Below, in pieces: positions 1 to 12,174 of a stretch of DNA of 64,000 nt. Position 1 is the stretch's first letter. Each line of letters begins with the position of its first letter. The notes under the pieces were generated by a model that saw only the letters and a list, made by a program, of their open reading frames with translations, was not told where the DNA came from and ran no database searches. A program made the position numbers and the translations under genes. The stretch comes from Mobula hypostoma (Eukaryota): contig NC_086097.1 in the NCBI RefSeq assembly GCF_963921235.1, positions 196,542,001 to 196,606,000 on the forward strand. Reading direction: 5' to 3'.

Positions 1-37
1 GCAGAGGATGCTGCTGAACCATGACTGAACATCGATT
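1..37 (-). CDS. greb1l: Probable start of greb1l coding exon 6 (runs off the window)
   Basis: Acceptor cattatag| at 38-39, then a phase-1 open frame ESMFSHGSAASS resembling the recalled SHG..SASSS segment of GREB1L. Confidence 0.6.
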
Positions 38-891
38 CTATAATGTATGAAATATTATAAAACTTAACCTACCATTCTGTACTATAGCCAAAGCTATAGA
101 GGTGAGTAATTGAAGCTTTCAGAACCTCCTCTTGGTAACACATATTTTGTCCGATAAACAAATTAACTACACTCACAAGAGAATTTTTCCCACTACACTA
201 AGAGTGAGCAAGCCACTTATAATGGATTATCTTAGTCTAAGAATGTCAGTGCTCTTTTCAATTTGTAGAATATGATTCAACATTTAGTGACATGTTTAAC
301 CATGTGAAGGATTAACAAAAGCTACTGAAAAGTAAATAGCTATTATGAAATATGAAAACATATTATTAAGTAGATTTTTAAATAAAGCTACGCACAAACC
401 ATCTAATTTCCTCAAACTGCATGTGGTATATTTTGCTATATTCAGCTATTTTCAATCACACATTTTCAGGCTGTTTTAAATTTGATTGGATGCTGAAAGA
501 CAAAATGACTATTTATAACTGATCCCTCTGAGAAAGGATACAAAGACATAATGAGGTACAACTTTGGAGCTGCAGAAGGCCCAAGGATTAATCAATTAAT
601 CATTGGTCTGCCCCAAAAAGGCTGATCTCAGGCAAGGCTACAATCAAATGGAAAACCGTAAGAAGTTTGTCAGTTAAGAGTCAATAAGGAGGGGAAAACA
701 AAACAAAATAAATGCTAAGGAATGATGCTGGACCATTGAAACCACTCAGTCCAATGATCCTACCCCATGTTTTCTGCCTTCAAATTACCTAAGACTTTTT
801 TCAACCTCCATCTATCTATCTTTCATGTACTTATCTAATAAAACTCTACCTATCTTAATCCTGAAAATCATAAGTAGATCAAAACATAAAC

Positions 892-1497
892 ATGAGGAAT
901 TCTGCAGATGCTGGAAATTCAAGCAACACACATCAAAGTTGCTGGTGAACGCAGCAGACCAGGCAGCATCTCTAGGAAGAGGTACAGTCGACGTTTCGGG
1001 CCGAGACCCTTCGTCAGGACTAACTGAGGGAAGAGCTAGTAAGAGATTTGAAAGGAGAAGGGGGAGGGGGAGATCCAAAATGATAGGAGAAGACAGGAGG
1101 GGGAGGGATGGAGCCAAGAGCTGGACAGGTGATTGGCAAAAGGGATATGAGAGGATCATGGGACAGGAGGCCCAGGGAGAAGGAAAAGGGGGATGGGGGG
1201 GAAACCCAGAGGATGGGCAAGGGGTATAGTCAGAGGGACAGAGGGAGAAAAAGGAGAGAGAGAGAGAGAGAGAGAATGTGTGTATAAAAATAAATAACAG
1301 ATGGGGTACGGAGGGAGGTGGGGCATTAGCGGAAGTTAGAGAAGTCGATGTTCATGCCATCAGGTTGGAGGCTACCCAGATGGAATATAAGGTGTTGTTC
1401 CTCCTACCTGAGTGTGGCTTCATCTTTACAGTAGAGGAGGCCGTGGACAGACATATCAGAATGGGAATGGGATGTGGAATTAAAATGGGTGGCCACT
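892..1497 (-). mobile_element. Penelope-like element 3' fragment (GIY-YIG C-terminus, 3' UTR, pLTR)
   Basis: Reverse complement of the 60150-60712 end of the longer Penelope copy; contains an (AG)n tract and a hammerhead. Confidence 0.9.
986..1021 (-). ncRNA. Minimal type I hammerhead ribozyme in Penelope pLTR
   Basis: Minus strand AGUC-CUGACGA-A-GGG(UCUCGG)CCC-GAAA-CG-UC-GACU: CUGANGA/GAAA core, stem I AGUC/GACU, stem II GGG/CCC, GUC cleavage triplet. Confidence 0.8.
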
Positions 1498-2299
1498 CAA
1501 ATCAAAACACATAGCCACACTGAGTGGTTGTTTAATTATCTAAAGCAATTCAATTAGATTATCCTCTTTTTTGAAAACTTAAGGAAATAGAAACCAGTAT
1601 TTTGGAAGCTGCCTTTCTAAATTAATACTAGAAATGAATGGCCTATTTCTATGTTGTAGTTCTCTATGACTCTAAATTCTTATATACCATTGTTGAGTCT
1701 GCACTACAGTCCTTTCTAGGCTTACTTTCCGAATTTTATGCCTGCATCCAAATACCCATTTCCAGAGTTAGAGCGACCAAGGTTCTATGCAAATTATTCA
1801 TCAATTCTTCATTTCTAAATTCCAGTCTTATTTGAGGTCAATGTTTCATTAAGCTTTAGGATCATTTTTATCCTTTGAACAGTATCAACTTTAGGTCAGT
1901 ACCAAGGACACTTCCTGACACGTGTGATGCATTGTTGTCATTTGGGGCGAGATGGAGGCTGATCTGTTGAGCAGCACTTCTGAAATGTTGGTCAATCTTG
2001 TCACATAATCAGAAACACAAGCCAATTTGTATGCAGCAAAACATCATAAATAGCAAATGAGACATTACCGGTTACTGGTGTTCAATGATTTTGCCTAAGA
2101 AGTAAAGATTGGCCAAACAACTTAATTTGCCCAAGCACAGCATATGATGCAGACAAACACAAAACAAATCACATTTTGAAGAGTGGATAAATTTCCCAAG
2201 CCCCGATTCCAGTTTTGGCAATAATGTTACTGTAACTCTTCAAACTATTTTCAACGTGAAAGCAGGGACACAAATAAAGAGGGAGCTTCACAGGCTGTA

Positions 2300-2811
2300 T
2301 CACTATCCGGTTGCAGGGAGGGGCTACTGCACAAAAAGAAGCTGCAGAGGGTTATAAATCTAGTCAGCTCCATCTTGGGTAATAGCCTACAAAGCAACAA
2401 AGTACCCAGGACATCTTCAAGGAGTGGTGCCTCAGAAAGGCTCAATTACTAAGGACCTCCAGCACCCACATCATGCCTTTTTCCCACTGTTACCATCAGG
2501 TAGGAGGTACAGAAGCCTGAAGGCACACACCCAACAATTCAGGAACAGCTTCTTCCTCTCTGCCATCCGATTCCTAAATGGACATTGAACTCTTGGACAC
2601 TACCTCACTTTTTTAATATATATTATTTCTGTTTTCTGCACGATTTTTAATCTATTTAATATACGTATACTGTATAAAGTATATCAAATAGGATATTTAT
2701 TTATTTATTATTAATTTTTTTTCCCCTTCTATATTATGTATTGCATTGAACTGCTGCTGCTAAGTTAACAAATTTCACATCACATGTCGATTTTAATAAA
2801 CCTGATTCTGA
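2300..2811 (+). mobile_element. Rex1/Babar-type LINE 3' fragment
   Basis: Same 3' region as 35720-36240, ending aataaacctgattctga. Confidence 0.75.
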
Positions 2812-3061
2812 CCCTTCAAAAAAATCAACATGCAGACTTCAGGAATCTGAAAAAATATTTCTCACATGTAAAAACTCTGACTGCTCTTTTGTAATCCACT
2901 CATTCCACAAAATGATACTGAAAACTCTTCCAAGGCAAAATGACCTTAGTATGCCAGAGTAAGATGTTAGATATATTCATACTTTTGTATGAGTACCACA
3001 TGGTATAAAAACAATGCACTGTACTCTCAAATATATGCACGCAGCAATCTCAACAGCCTAC

Positions 3062-3214
3062 CTGTCTGACAGCTGGCGGCCGTGGTGCTGCAAGCACTGG
3101 GTGAGACTGTGTCTACATTGGGTGAAGGTGATGTCGAACCACTGACTGCAGCAACTGTCTTGGCTGTAGGTAGTGCAGATGAATAACTGCTAGGCAACTG
3201 ACGAGTTCGGCATT
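3062..3214 (-). CDS. greb1l: GREB1-like protein, coding exon 5 (153 nt)
   Basis: ECRTRQLPSSYSSALPTAKTVAAVSGSTSPSPNVDTVSPSACSTTAASCQT continues CWK|ECR in frame; acceptor tgtttag|, donor G|gtaggc. Confidence 0.88.
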
Positions 3215-3344
3215 CTAAACACATTTCAAAAACAGTGATTATTATATTCAGTTGTACCTCACACCTAGAGATATTTCATTACCATGTAGTTGATATTAAC
3301 ATCACATCAAGGCCTCAAAGTCAGGGTCATGGAGGAATCATCAG

Positions 3345-4000
3345 GATTGGCTCTACAAATGAAAGGAGCTATGAGGGATCTTGGTGTTTTGGTGCACAAA
3401 TCACAAAAAGTTAAAGAAGGCAAAAGGTATTTTGGTGTTTATGGTAGTTTAAGAAAAGGGAGGTTTTGTTACAGTTGTACGGGTGTTGATGAACCAAATT
3501 TGGAATAACGTGCACAGTTTAATACCCTTTTCGAAAACAATATATGAGCACTGGCAAGTAGCTCAAAAGAGATTGTTGGGTTGAAAAGGCTGTCCTGGCA
3601 GGTAGGGCTACACTGGGTCTGTTTTCCTTGGAGTTTAGAAAAATGAGTGGTATCCTTATTCAAACATATAAGGGCAGATGTTGAGATGTCTTTATTTGTG
3701 AGGGATTCACAAATAAGGGGATATGGCTGAAGAGTTTGCTGATGTAAGCGGGTGGCAGGTTATTTAATACTGAGATACAGCATTTTTTTCCTCAGAGATC
3801 ATGAATATCTGGAATTATTAGCCTCCAAAGGTAGCAGAAACCAGATCATCAGACATATTTAAGGTGCCGATAAGATAAATATTGCGAAGATCAAGAAATT
3901 GAATTTCATGGGGAAATGGCCAGAAGAAGAGTTGAGGTCAACTTAGATCACATCAAATGATGGACCCAATGCCCTGCTTCCCCTCCTATTTTTCTTGTGT
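3345..4000 (+). mobile_element. Old degenerate CR1 LINE 3' fragment
   Basis: Remnants of the CR1 RT C-terminus (RDLGVLVHKSQKV) and a CR1-like 3' end. Confidence 0.6.
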
Positions 4001-4489
4001 TTTTGATATCTGCTTTGGTTTTGAAATTGTCTCCAGTTCGATGTTCAAAATTCAGCTATCCAACAACAAGAATTACCTATTGCAAAAATATTCCATTTGA
4101 GATCTACAGTCAAATGAGATTTAGGCTTCCTGTCTAAATACCAGGATATTTTAGCCAAGTCCTAGTTCTCAAATTAGTTATTGGCTTAGCTACTTTGTTT
4201 ACTGTTGTGCACCAGTCAATCTCCTGTGAACCCAAAGACCTTTTGCCTCACCCAAATCAGCCTAAATTCCTGGCCTCCATCATCTCTGTTGTTTCCTATG
4301 ATTTTGTCATCACGGTAAGTCAAAAGAGTAATGGGTGGCACAACAAAAAGACAGCATAATTTGTTGTCTATTTAATAAGTACAAAAAGATTTGTATTCCA
4401 AACTTTATGTACGTATTGTCTAAAATCCAGCATATTCTCCATTCCAAGGATGGGCCTATAACTTGTTGAATGAAAGTGAAAAGGAAATT

Positions 4490-6275
4490 CTGATGTTTAT
4501 GGTGGATACAATGTTTTGCTTCGTGAGGAGGCTAAATTTGGCATGCCCCCATTGACTCACACTAACTTTTATTAATGCACTAAAGAAAGCATTCTGCTTT
4601 GATGCAGCACAACCTGGTATGTAGCTGCTCTGCACGTAACTGCAGGGAGCTGCAGAGAGTTGTGGTCATAGGTCAGCACACCACAGGAAACATCCTCCCC
4701 ACTATGGACTCTCTCTATACGGCTCCTTGCCTTAAAGCAGTCCCATCCACCCCAGGTATTCTCTCTTCTCCCTCACCCAACAGGCAGAAGATACAAAAGC
4801 CTGAAAGCATGTACCATCAGGCTCAAGGACAGCTTCTATTGCACTGTTCTCCAACTTTTGAAAGGATCTCTTGTACAAATAGACAGACTTTTGGTCTCAT
4901 AATTTAGTAAGTTAGGAATTTAGTAAAGCATTTGACAAGGTTCCACACAGTAGGCTTATTCAGAAAGTCAGAAGGCATAGGATCCAGGGATGTTTGGCCA
5001 GGTGGATTCAGAATTGGCTTGCCTGCAGAAAGCAGAGGGTCGTGGTGGACGGAGTACATTCGGATTGGAAGGTTGTGACTAGTGGTGTCCCACAAGGATC
5101 GGTCCTGGGACCTCTACTTTTCATGATTTTTATTAACGACCTGGATGTGGGGGTAAAAGGGTGGATTGGCAAGTTTGCAGACGACACAAAGGTTGGTGGT
5201 GTCGTGGACAGTGTAGAGGATTGTCGAAGATTGCAGAGAAACATTGATAGGATGCAGAAGTGGGCTGAGAAGTGGCAGATGGAGTTCAACCCGGAGAAGT
5301 GTGAGGTGGTACACCTTGGAAGGACAAACTCCAAGGCAGAGTACAAAGTAAATGGCAGGATACTTGGTAGTGTGGAGGTGCAGAGGGATCTGGGGGTACA
5401 TGTCCACAGATCCCTGAAAGTTGCCTCACAGGTAGATAGGGTAGTTAAGAAAGCTTATGGGGTGTTAGCTTTTATAAGTCAAGGGATAGAGTTTAAGAGT
5501 CGCGATGTAATGATGCAGCTCTATAAAAGTTTGGTTAGACAACACTTGGAGTACTCTGTCCAGTTTTGGTCACCTCACTATAGGAAGGATGTAGAAGCAT
5601 TGGAAAGGGTACAGAGGAGATTTACCAGGATGCTGCCTGGTTTAGAGAGTATGCATTATGATCAGAGATTAAGGGAGCTAGGGCTTTACTCTCTGGAGAG
5701 AAGGAGGATGAGAGGAGACATGATAAAGGTATACAAGATATTAAGTGGAATAGATTGAGTGGACAGCCAGCATCTCTTCCGCAGGGCACCACTGCTCAAT
5801 ACAAGAGGGCATGTCTTTAAGGTAAGGGGTGTGAAGTTCAAGGGGGATATTAGAGGAAGGTTTTTTACTCAGAGAGTGGATGGTGCGTGGAATGCACTGC
5901 CTGAGTCAGTGGTGGAGGCAGATACACTAGTGAAATTTAAGAGACTACTAGACAGGTATATGGAGGAATTTAAGGCGGGGGGGTTATATGGGAGGCAAGG
6001 TTTAAGGGTCGGCACAACATTGTGGTCTGAAGGGCCTGTACTGTGCTGTACTATTCTATGTTCTATGTTCTATTAATCTATCTTGTTATGATCTTGCACT
6101 TAATCATTTACTTGCACTGCACTCTTTTTTGGGAGCTTTAATACTTTGCTCCTTATCTTCATTGTTTTATCATATTCTAATTCAATGTACTGTGTAATGA
6201 CTTGATCTGTATAAACAATATGCAAGACAAGCTCTTCACTGAATCCTGGTACATTTGACAATAATAAACCAAAAT
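4490..6275 (+). mobile_element. Rex1/L2-like LINE 3' fragment split by a CR1 insertion
   Basis: ELQRVV...GNILPTMDSLY-like remnant at 4600-4900; the 3' UTR resumes at 6073 after the CR1 tail and ends tgacaataataaacc. Confidence 0.6.
4918..6072 (+). mobile_element. 5'-truncated CR1 LINE, RT ORF 4994-5758
   Basis: SGVPQGSVLGPLLF...FADDTK RT motifs; (TTCTATG)n 3' tail. Confidence 0.95.
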
Positions 6276-6539
6276 CAATATGATGTAAACTCTCCAGAAT
6301 TTCTCTACATTGGCTAACTTCCTTTCTTTATTATTCCCTTTAATGACTCCAGGCAAACACTGCCATTGAAATAAGATACCCAAGGACTGAGATCAATGCA
6401 TGGAAAAAGAAGACACCATTCAGTGTTGCTTCCTTCATGGCTACCCTTGGGAGGAGGAAACTTCTTCAGCAGACCCTGAAACTGAACTGCAAATATGAAT
6501 ATACCACATACTGTTACATCTGCACCCTTTTTAAGATTA

Positions 6540-6811
6540 GCTTTCAATGGCACACATACGTCAAATTATCAGAACATACCGTGAAATGGATTGTTTGTAT
6601 CAATGACCATCACAGACCAGCACAGTCCAGAGAACAATGCTCAAGTGTGGCTTGCTTCTGGCCCCAACATAGCATATCCAGAACACTGGGGGAAACCCAG
6701 ATGTTCACGGGAAGAATGCAAAAACTCCTTACAGACAGCAGTGGGAATTTAACCCCAATTGCTAATCACCAGATCTGTAAACTTTTGCATTAACTGCTAC
6801 ACTACCGTGCC
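6540..6811 (-). mobile_element. tRNA-derived V-SINE-like element
   Basis: Minus strand starts ggcacggtagtgtagc and has the V-domain-like gctgtctgtaaggagtttttgcattcttccc. Confidence 0.6.
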
Positions 6812-7130
6812 ATCAAGTGCATCATCAGCTGCATCAGAATCTCTGATCCTGCAGAGAGACTATGTTTTCCCTAATCTAGGCTATATTTGAGCATTCAGAT
6901 TCATTCAAGATATTCAGTAAAAATAAACTTCTACAGTTACAATCTAATGCCATGTTCAAAGACTCATTCCATTAAAATGTAGATGTCCAGATAAGTTCTG
7001 ATCAACTTAAACTTAAGATTCAGCCATTGTAACTCAAATGATAATCAGCTGAATCCAAGTTGCAAAAACCAGCCACTGCCACTGAGGAATCACTTAAAAG
7101 GGAATGCAAGACTCAGTTTAAGACTATAGG

Positions 7131-7315
7131 CACAAGAAACTGCAAATGCTGGAATCTGAATTAACACAGAAGATGCTGAATGAACTCAGTGGGTCAAGGC
7201 ATCATCTGTAGAGGGAAATAGACCGTTGACGTTTTGGGTTGAGATCCTTTATCTGGACTAGATGAAGGGACTCAACCAAAAGAAAACTGTCCATATCCCT
7301 TCATAGATGCTGCAT
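7131..7315. mobile_element. Inverted pair of degenerate Penelope pLTR ends
   Basis: Minus-oriented pLTR end followed by its inverted copy around a centre near 7258. Confidence 0.65.
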
Positions 7316-7320
7316 GTTTC

Positions 7321-7530
7321 ATAAGAAATAGCAACAGGAGTAGGCCATCTGGCCCGTCAAGTCTGCTCCACCATTCAATAAGATCATGGCTGATCTGACC
7401 ATGGACTCATCTCCACCTACCTGCCTTTTCCCATAACCCTTAATTCCCCTGCTATGCAAAAATCTATTCAACCTTGTCTTAGATATAGTTACTGCTTCAT
7501 TGGGCAGAGAATTCCACACAGATTTCTCCA
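7321..7530 (-). mobile_element. CR1 3' end fragment
   Basis: aggagtaggccatctggccc...ttcaataagatcatggctgatc CR1 terminus, near-identical to 40940-41100. Confidence 0.75.
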
Positions 7531-8154
7531 GAATTTTGAATGTCACTCCAGGTTCAAGACTACATTGATCATAGACTACTAACAAGGATGCTTATAAAGA
7601 GCAGTCACATACACGTGCTTTTAAAATAATGAAGGCAAGTCTCTCCAGCAGTAATACAATTCTCTCTATTGACTTTTCTTTGGATGATGCTTTTCACTAG
7701 AGGCATTAAAAATGAAAGCCCATCCTTTTCAAGTAGCCTCGGAACAAATACAGTAGTTATTTCAACTTTGCACGTCAGCAAAGACAGAATTATAAACTCT
7801 ACTTAGATACTATTTTGGGCAAGAATTTAACATACATTGCAAGTCTTTTGATATTTAGCAACATCTCAAATCCATTGTTTATAGGCAAACATGCAGCTTA
7901 CAACATATAAGAGGAGGTAAAAAAACGTACTTACATAGGATGGATTTTATTCTGAACATTTATTAATAATGGAAATCAATTTAATCAATTTTCCATGATA
8001 TTTTACTTAAATTGTCACTAGGAGGAATATCTGATAACATTCAAAGAATTAAAAGGCACCAAAGGAAAACAATCTGAAAACTATTGATTATCATAAACAC
8101 AATTAATAAATTGTTGAAATATTCAGTTTAAGAGACTGTCATGAGCTTGATTAC

Positions 8155-8331
8155 CTTTCCAGCAAATTAATGGTCCCTTTGAGAAAACACCTTGTGAGTT
8201 TTTGATGAGGTAATATTTTAAGTGCTTCTGCTTCTTCGGCTGGGTTGTCAGTTTTAAGTTGATGTGATTGGAAAACTCGGTGAAGTACCGGAATCCTTTC
8301 TCCCCACAGCCTATACAATTTCCCGAGAAAC
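8155..8331 (-). CDS. greb1l: GREB1-like protein, coding exon 4 (177 nt)
   Basis: [59 protein letters not shown]; acceptor actacag|, donor G|gtaatc. Confidence 0.96.
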
Positions 8332-8574
8332 CTGTAGTCATAGCAACCAGACCAAGAGCAGAAAGTGAAGATTATGAATCATTTGGATCCAATTGCATTT
8401 TGTGAAAAAAAAATTGTTTCCTTTGAAGCATTTTAGTGGAATGGATTTTTTTCCTCTGCAAAATCTATTAAGACTACAATTCCAAATATCTGTATTGTGT
8501 CCATTTGGTTATACTTATTCATAATTATTTAAAACAAATGTTATTTGGGTAATTGTATTATCCCATATCAAATT

Positions 8575-9850
8575 ATGGCATCAGGACTGAAGTGGAGAAA
8601 GAAGATAGCCGATGTAAAGAGGATTGGGAGAGCGATTGGAGAACAAAGGATGGATGAAGGATGACAGCAAAATGGAGCCAGGTTTGATAAAGGAAGGGAT
8701 GGAGATGGGAAGACAGAGACAGGCCAAGCAAAAGGGAGCCAGGTTAGATGGAGGGCGGAGATGAAGGTGGAGACAACCAGGAGCGTGATGCATGGGAACA
8801 AAGAGGCTACCAGTGCTGGAATCTGATAAGTAAGAAAGGTAATAATGGGAACCATTAAGGGTGAGGTGGGTCACAACCAGATGCGCACATGCATGTGCGT
8901 GTGTGTGTGTCTGGGGGGGGGAGTGAAGTAAGAAATTAATGGGTAAATGTGGATAGTATTTTCCAAGGTGTCTCTCTCTCTCTCGAGCATACACACACAC
9001 ACACACACACACACACAAAGTAAGGATTACCTGAATTTCAAGTGCAGAATATGAGGTGTTCTCCTTCTATATGGAGTATGAGGTGTTATCCTTCCACTTT
9101 GCATTGAACCTCACCCTTTCAGTAGATGCAGTAGAGAAGGCTGAGGACAGACATGTTGGTGAGGGAATAGAAAGGAGGATAGAGACGGAAGGAAACTAGG
9201 AGCTCAGGCTGGCCATTGTGGAACAAGTCACAATGGGTCTGCAGATTGATAGTCCAGTTTGCGCTTGGCCTCACTGATGCAGAGGAGGTCACAGCTGGAG
9301 CAACAAATATAGCAAGCGAGGTGAGAGGAGGTGGCCTCTCTTTAGGTCCCCGCTTGGTGGAGATGGAACAGGTGTAAAAGCCAGAGTTGCACATCCTGTG
9401 GTTGTGGAGGAAATTCCCGGGGGTTAGGGAGGGGTGGGTGCTGAGAGGTGAGTGGTCAAGGTGTCACGGAGGGACTGGTTCCTGCAGGAGGCGGAACAAG
9501 AGTTGGGAGAAGTGGTGGGATTTCACCACAGCTGGCGGAAAGAATGAAGGATGTTGTGCTGGATGTGGAGGCTACTTCTATGAAAGATGAGGGCACAAGA
9601 GATTCTGCAGATGCTGGAAATCCAGAACAACAAACACAAAACACGAGAGGAACTCAGCAGGACAGGCAGCGTCTATAAAGAGGAATAAACAGTCAACATT
9701 TCTCGCCAAAGCCCTTCATCAGGATTGCAAAGGGAGGATGAAAAAGATGGTGGGGGTGAGGGGGAGAAAAAGAAGCTGGCAGGTGACAGGTGAAACCAGG
9801 TGAGGGGTAAGGGTGGTCGGTGGAGAAAAATTACCAGAAGGTTCAATGTG
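8575..9850 (-). mobile_element. Degenerate Penelope-like fragments
   Basis: Purine-rich 3' UTR, degenerate GIY-YIG coding remnant, pLTR end at 9595-9725. Confidence 0.6.
8990..9016. repeat. (AC)n microsatellite
   Basis: Visible dinucleotide run. Confidence 0.95.
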
Positions 9851-10704
9851 AAGAGTAGATAAATTCCATATCTGTACTGTTTGAAGGGAGTTGGAGAGAG
9901 AGCATAAGCATGAGAAATGGAGGAAATTTGAGAAATTTTAACATTGCTGTTCAACTGAATCACAGCAGACATAAACTAAGCTCACTACAGAAGGTCAGGT
10001 CAAGTTATTTCAAGCCTATGCATGCATTTAATTACTCTTAATAAGTATTAATTATTGCCAGTCAACCTCTTCAGCTGTATAAATAAACTATCACAAATGC
10101 AGGGCCTCATTTTGTTCAAGTTTAAATTACTGAAGAATTATTTTTAAAGTTCTATATTTTTCTTTTATCTCATAATCAAATTATTTCTTTCTTCCCTTTA
10201 TATTTTGTTTCTTTATTAAGCATTAAGTTCAGCCGTCTAATGCTTCTTTCTCCATCCTTATACAATTCATTTCAAAATTCTCCAATCTTGGGTAAAAAGC
10301 TCCCAGCATTTCCATTTCCATTTTTGGTACTGCTGTCAATTATCACTTATATTAAATGAGCAAAGATGAAAGTCATCTGTCATGAGAGAAACCATGTTCA
10401 TTTTTCAGACTGACATCTTTCACCTAAACCAAATTTTGCCAAGTATTTCCACATTTTCTGTTTTTAGATCAAGTTGAATAGCAGATAGTAATTGCTGTCG
10501 GTTTACGAATAAATTTTTTGCTTTACAAATGCTAGGAATATATTATTAAAAGTTATCTTATCTCCAATGCTATAAAACTGGATAACACCAATGGGTCCTA
10601 GTTATTAGGGTGTCTTGGTTGGAAAAGATTGACACAAGTGTTAAGGAGCAATTGATCTCAATATTTTTTTCAATGCTGTAGGCTGCTACACACTTCACAA
10701 TGTA

Positions 10705-12174
10705 CAATGGAGATAGAAAGTTTGTGAACCCTTTAGAATTTTCTCCATTTCTGCACAAAAATGACATAAAATGTGATCAAATCTTCACGCAAGTCCTAAA
10801 ACTAGATGAAGAGAGCCCAATTAAATAAATAACACAAAATAACTTCGACCAAACATTTCTGGTAACTGTTGATCAGTCCTGCACATTGGCTTGGAGAAAT
10901 GTTTGACCATTCCTCCATACAAAACTGTTTCAGTTCATCAATATTTCTGGCATACCTTGCATGAACAGCCTTCTTCAGGTCATGCCACAGCATCTCAATT
11001 GGTTAAGATCTGGACTCTGACTTGGCCATTTCAAAACACACATTTTCTTCTTTTTAAACCATTCTGTTGTTGATTTACTCGTGTTTCAGATCATTGTCTT
11101 GTTGCATCATCCAACTTCTATTAAGCTTCAAGTGACGGACCGCTATGCTGACATTCTCCTGTAAAATGTCTTGAATCAATTTTGAATTCATTGTTCCCTC
11201 AACAATTGTAAGTTATCCAGGCCCTGTGGCAGCAAAGCAGCCCCAAATCATGATGCTCCTTCCACCATGCTTTACAGTTGTTATGAGGTTTTGGTGTTGG
11301 TGTGCAGTGTCCTTTTTCCTCCAAACATAGCAGTGTACATTTCTGCCAAAAGTTCAACTTTTGTCTCATCTATCCACAAAATTTTGTCCCAGAAGCATTG
11401 TGGAACATCCAGGTTGTCTTTGCAAACTTGAGATGAGCCGTAATGTTTTTTTTTTGGAAAGCAGTGATTTCCTCTGTGGTGTCCTTCCATGAACACCATT
11501 CTTGTTCAATGTTTTTCTTATACTGGACACATGAACAGAGACTTTAGCAAGTTCTAGAGATTTCTGCAGGTTTTTTGCTGTTACCCTTGGGTTCTTTTTC
11601 ACCTCTTTCAGCACTGCACATTGTGTTCTTGGTATGATCTTTGGAGGACACCCACTCCTAGGGAGAGTAGCAAGAGTACTGAATTTCCTTCATTTGGAGA
11701 CTTGTTTCTCTTATTGTGGACAGGTGAAATGCTTTTCTAGCCTTTTCCAACTTCATTCATCTCTATAATTCTTCTTCTAAGATCCTCTGAAAGTTATTTT
11801 GATCGCGGCATGGTGCACATAAAGAGATCTTTCTTGAAAAGAGCAAGCTCTGTCAGTGTGTCTTTTTTATAGGGCAGGGCGCCTCTACAGCCCACACTTC
11901 CTATCTCATCTCATTGATTGGAACACCTGACTCTGAATAGCTTTTGTAGGAGGCGTTACCCCAGAGGTTTGCATTCTTTTTTGACCTAAACTGTGTTTGT
12001 TTAAATGGTGTACTCAGTATTGACAAGTAGTACAATTGTTTGTGTGTTATTAGTTTAAACAGATTGTGTTTGTCTATTATTACGACTTAGAGGAAGATCA
12101 GACCACATTTTATGAGTAATTAATGCAGAAAACTAGCTAATTGCAAAGACTTCACAAACCTTTTCTTGCAACTA
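10705..12174 (-). mobile_element. Defective Tc1-like DNA transposon
   Basis: Left TA; TIR remnants aaagtttgtgaaccc / ttcacaaacctttt; fragments [24 protein letters not shown] and [12 protein letters not shown]...FCMEEWSNI. Confidence 0.88.

Noticed and set aside
825..1229. 134-aa Gly/Arg-rich ORF and similar ORFs near 39 kb and 60.4 kb
   Set aside because: Spurious frames across the Penelope 3' UTR.
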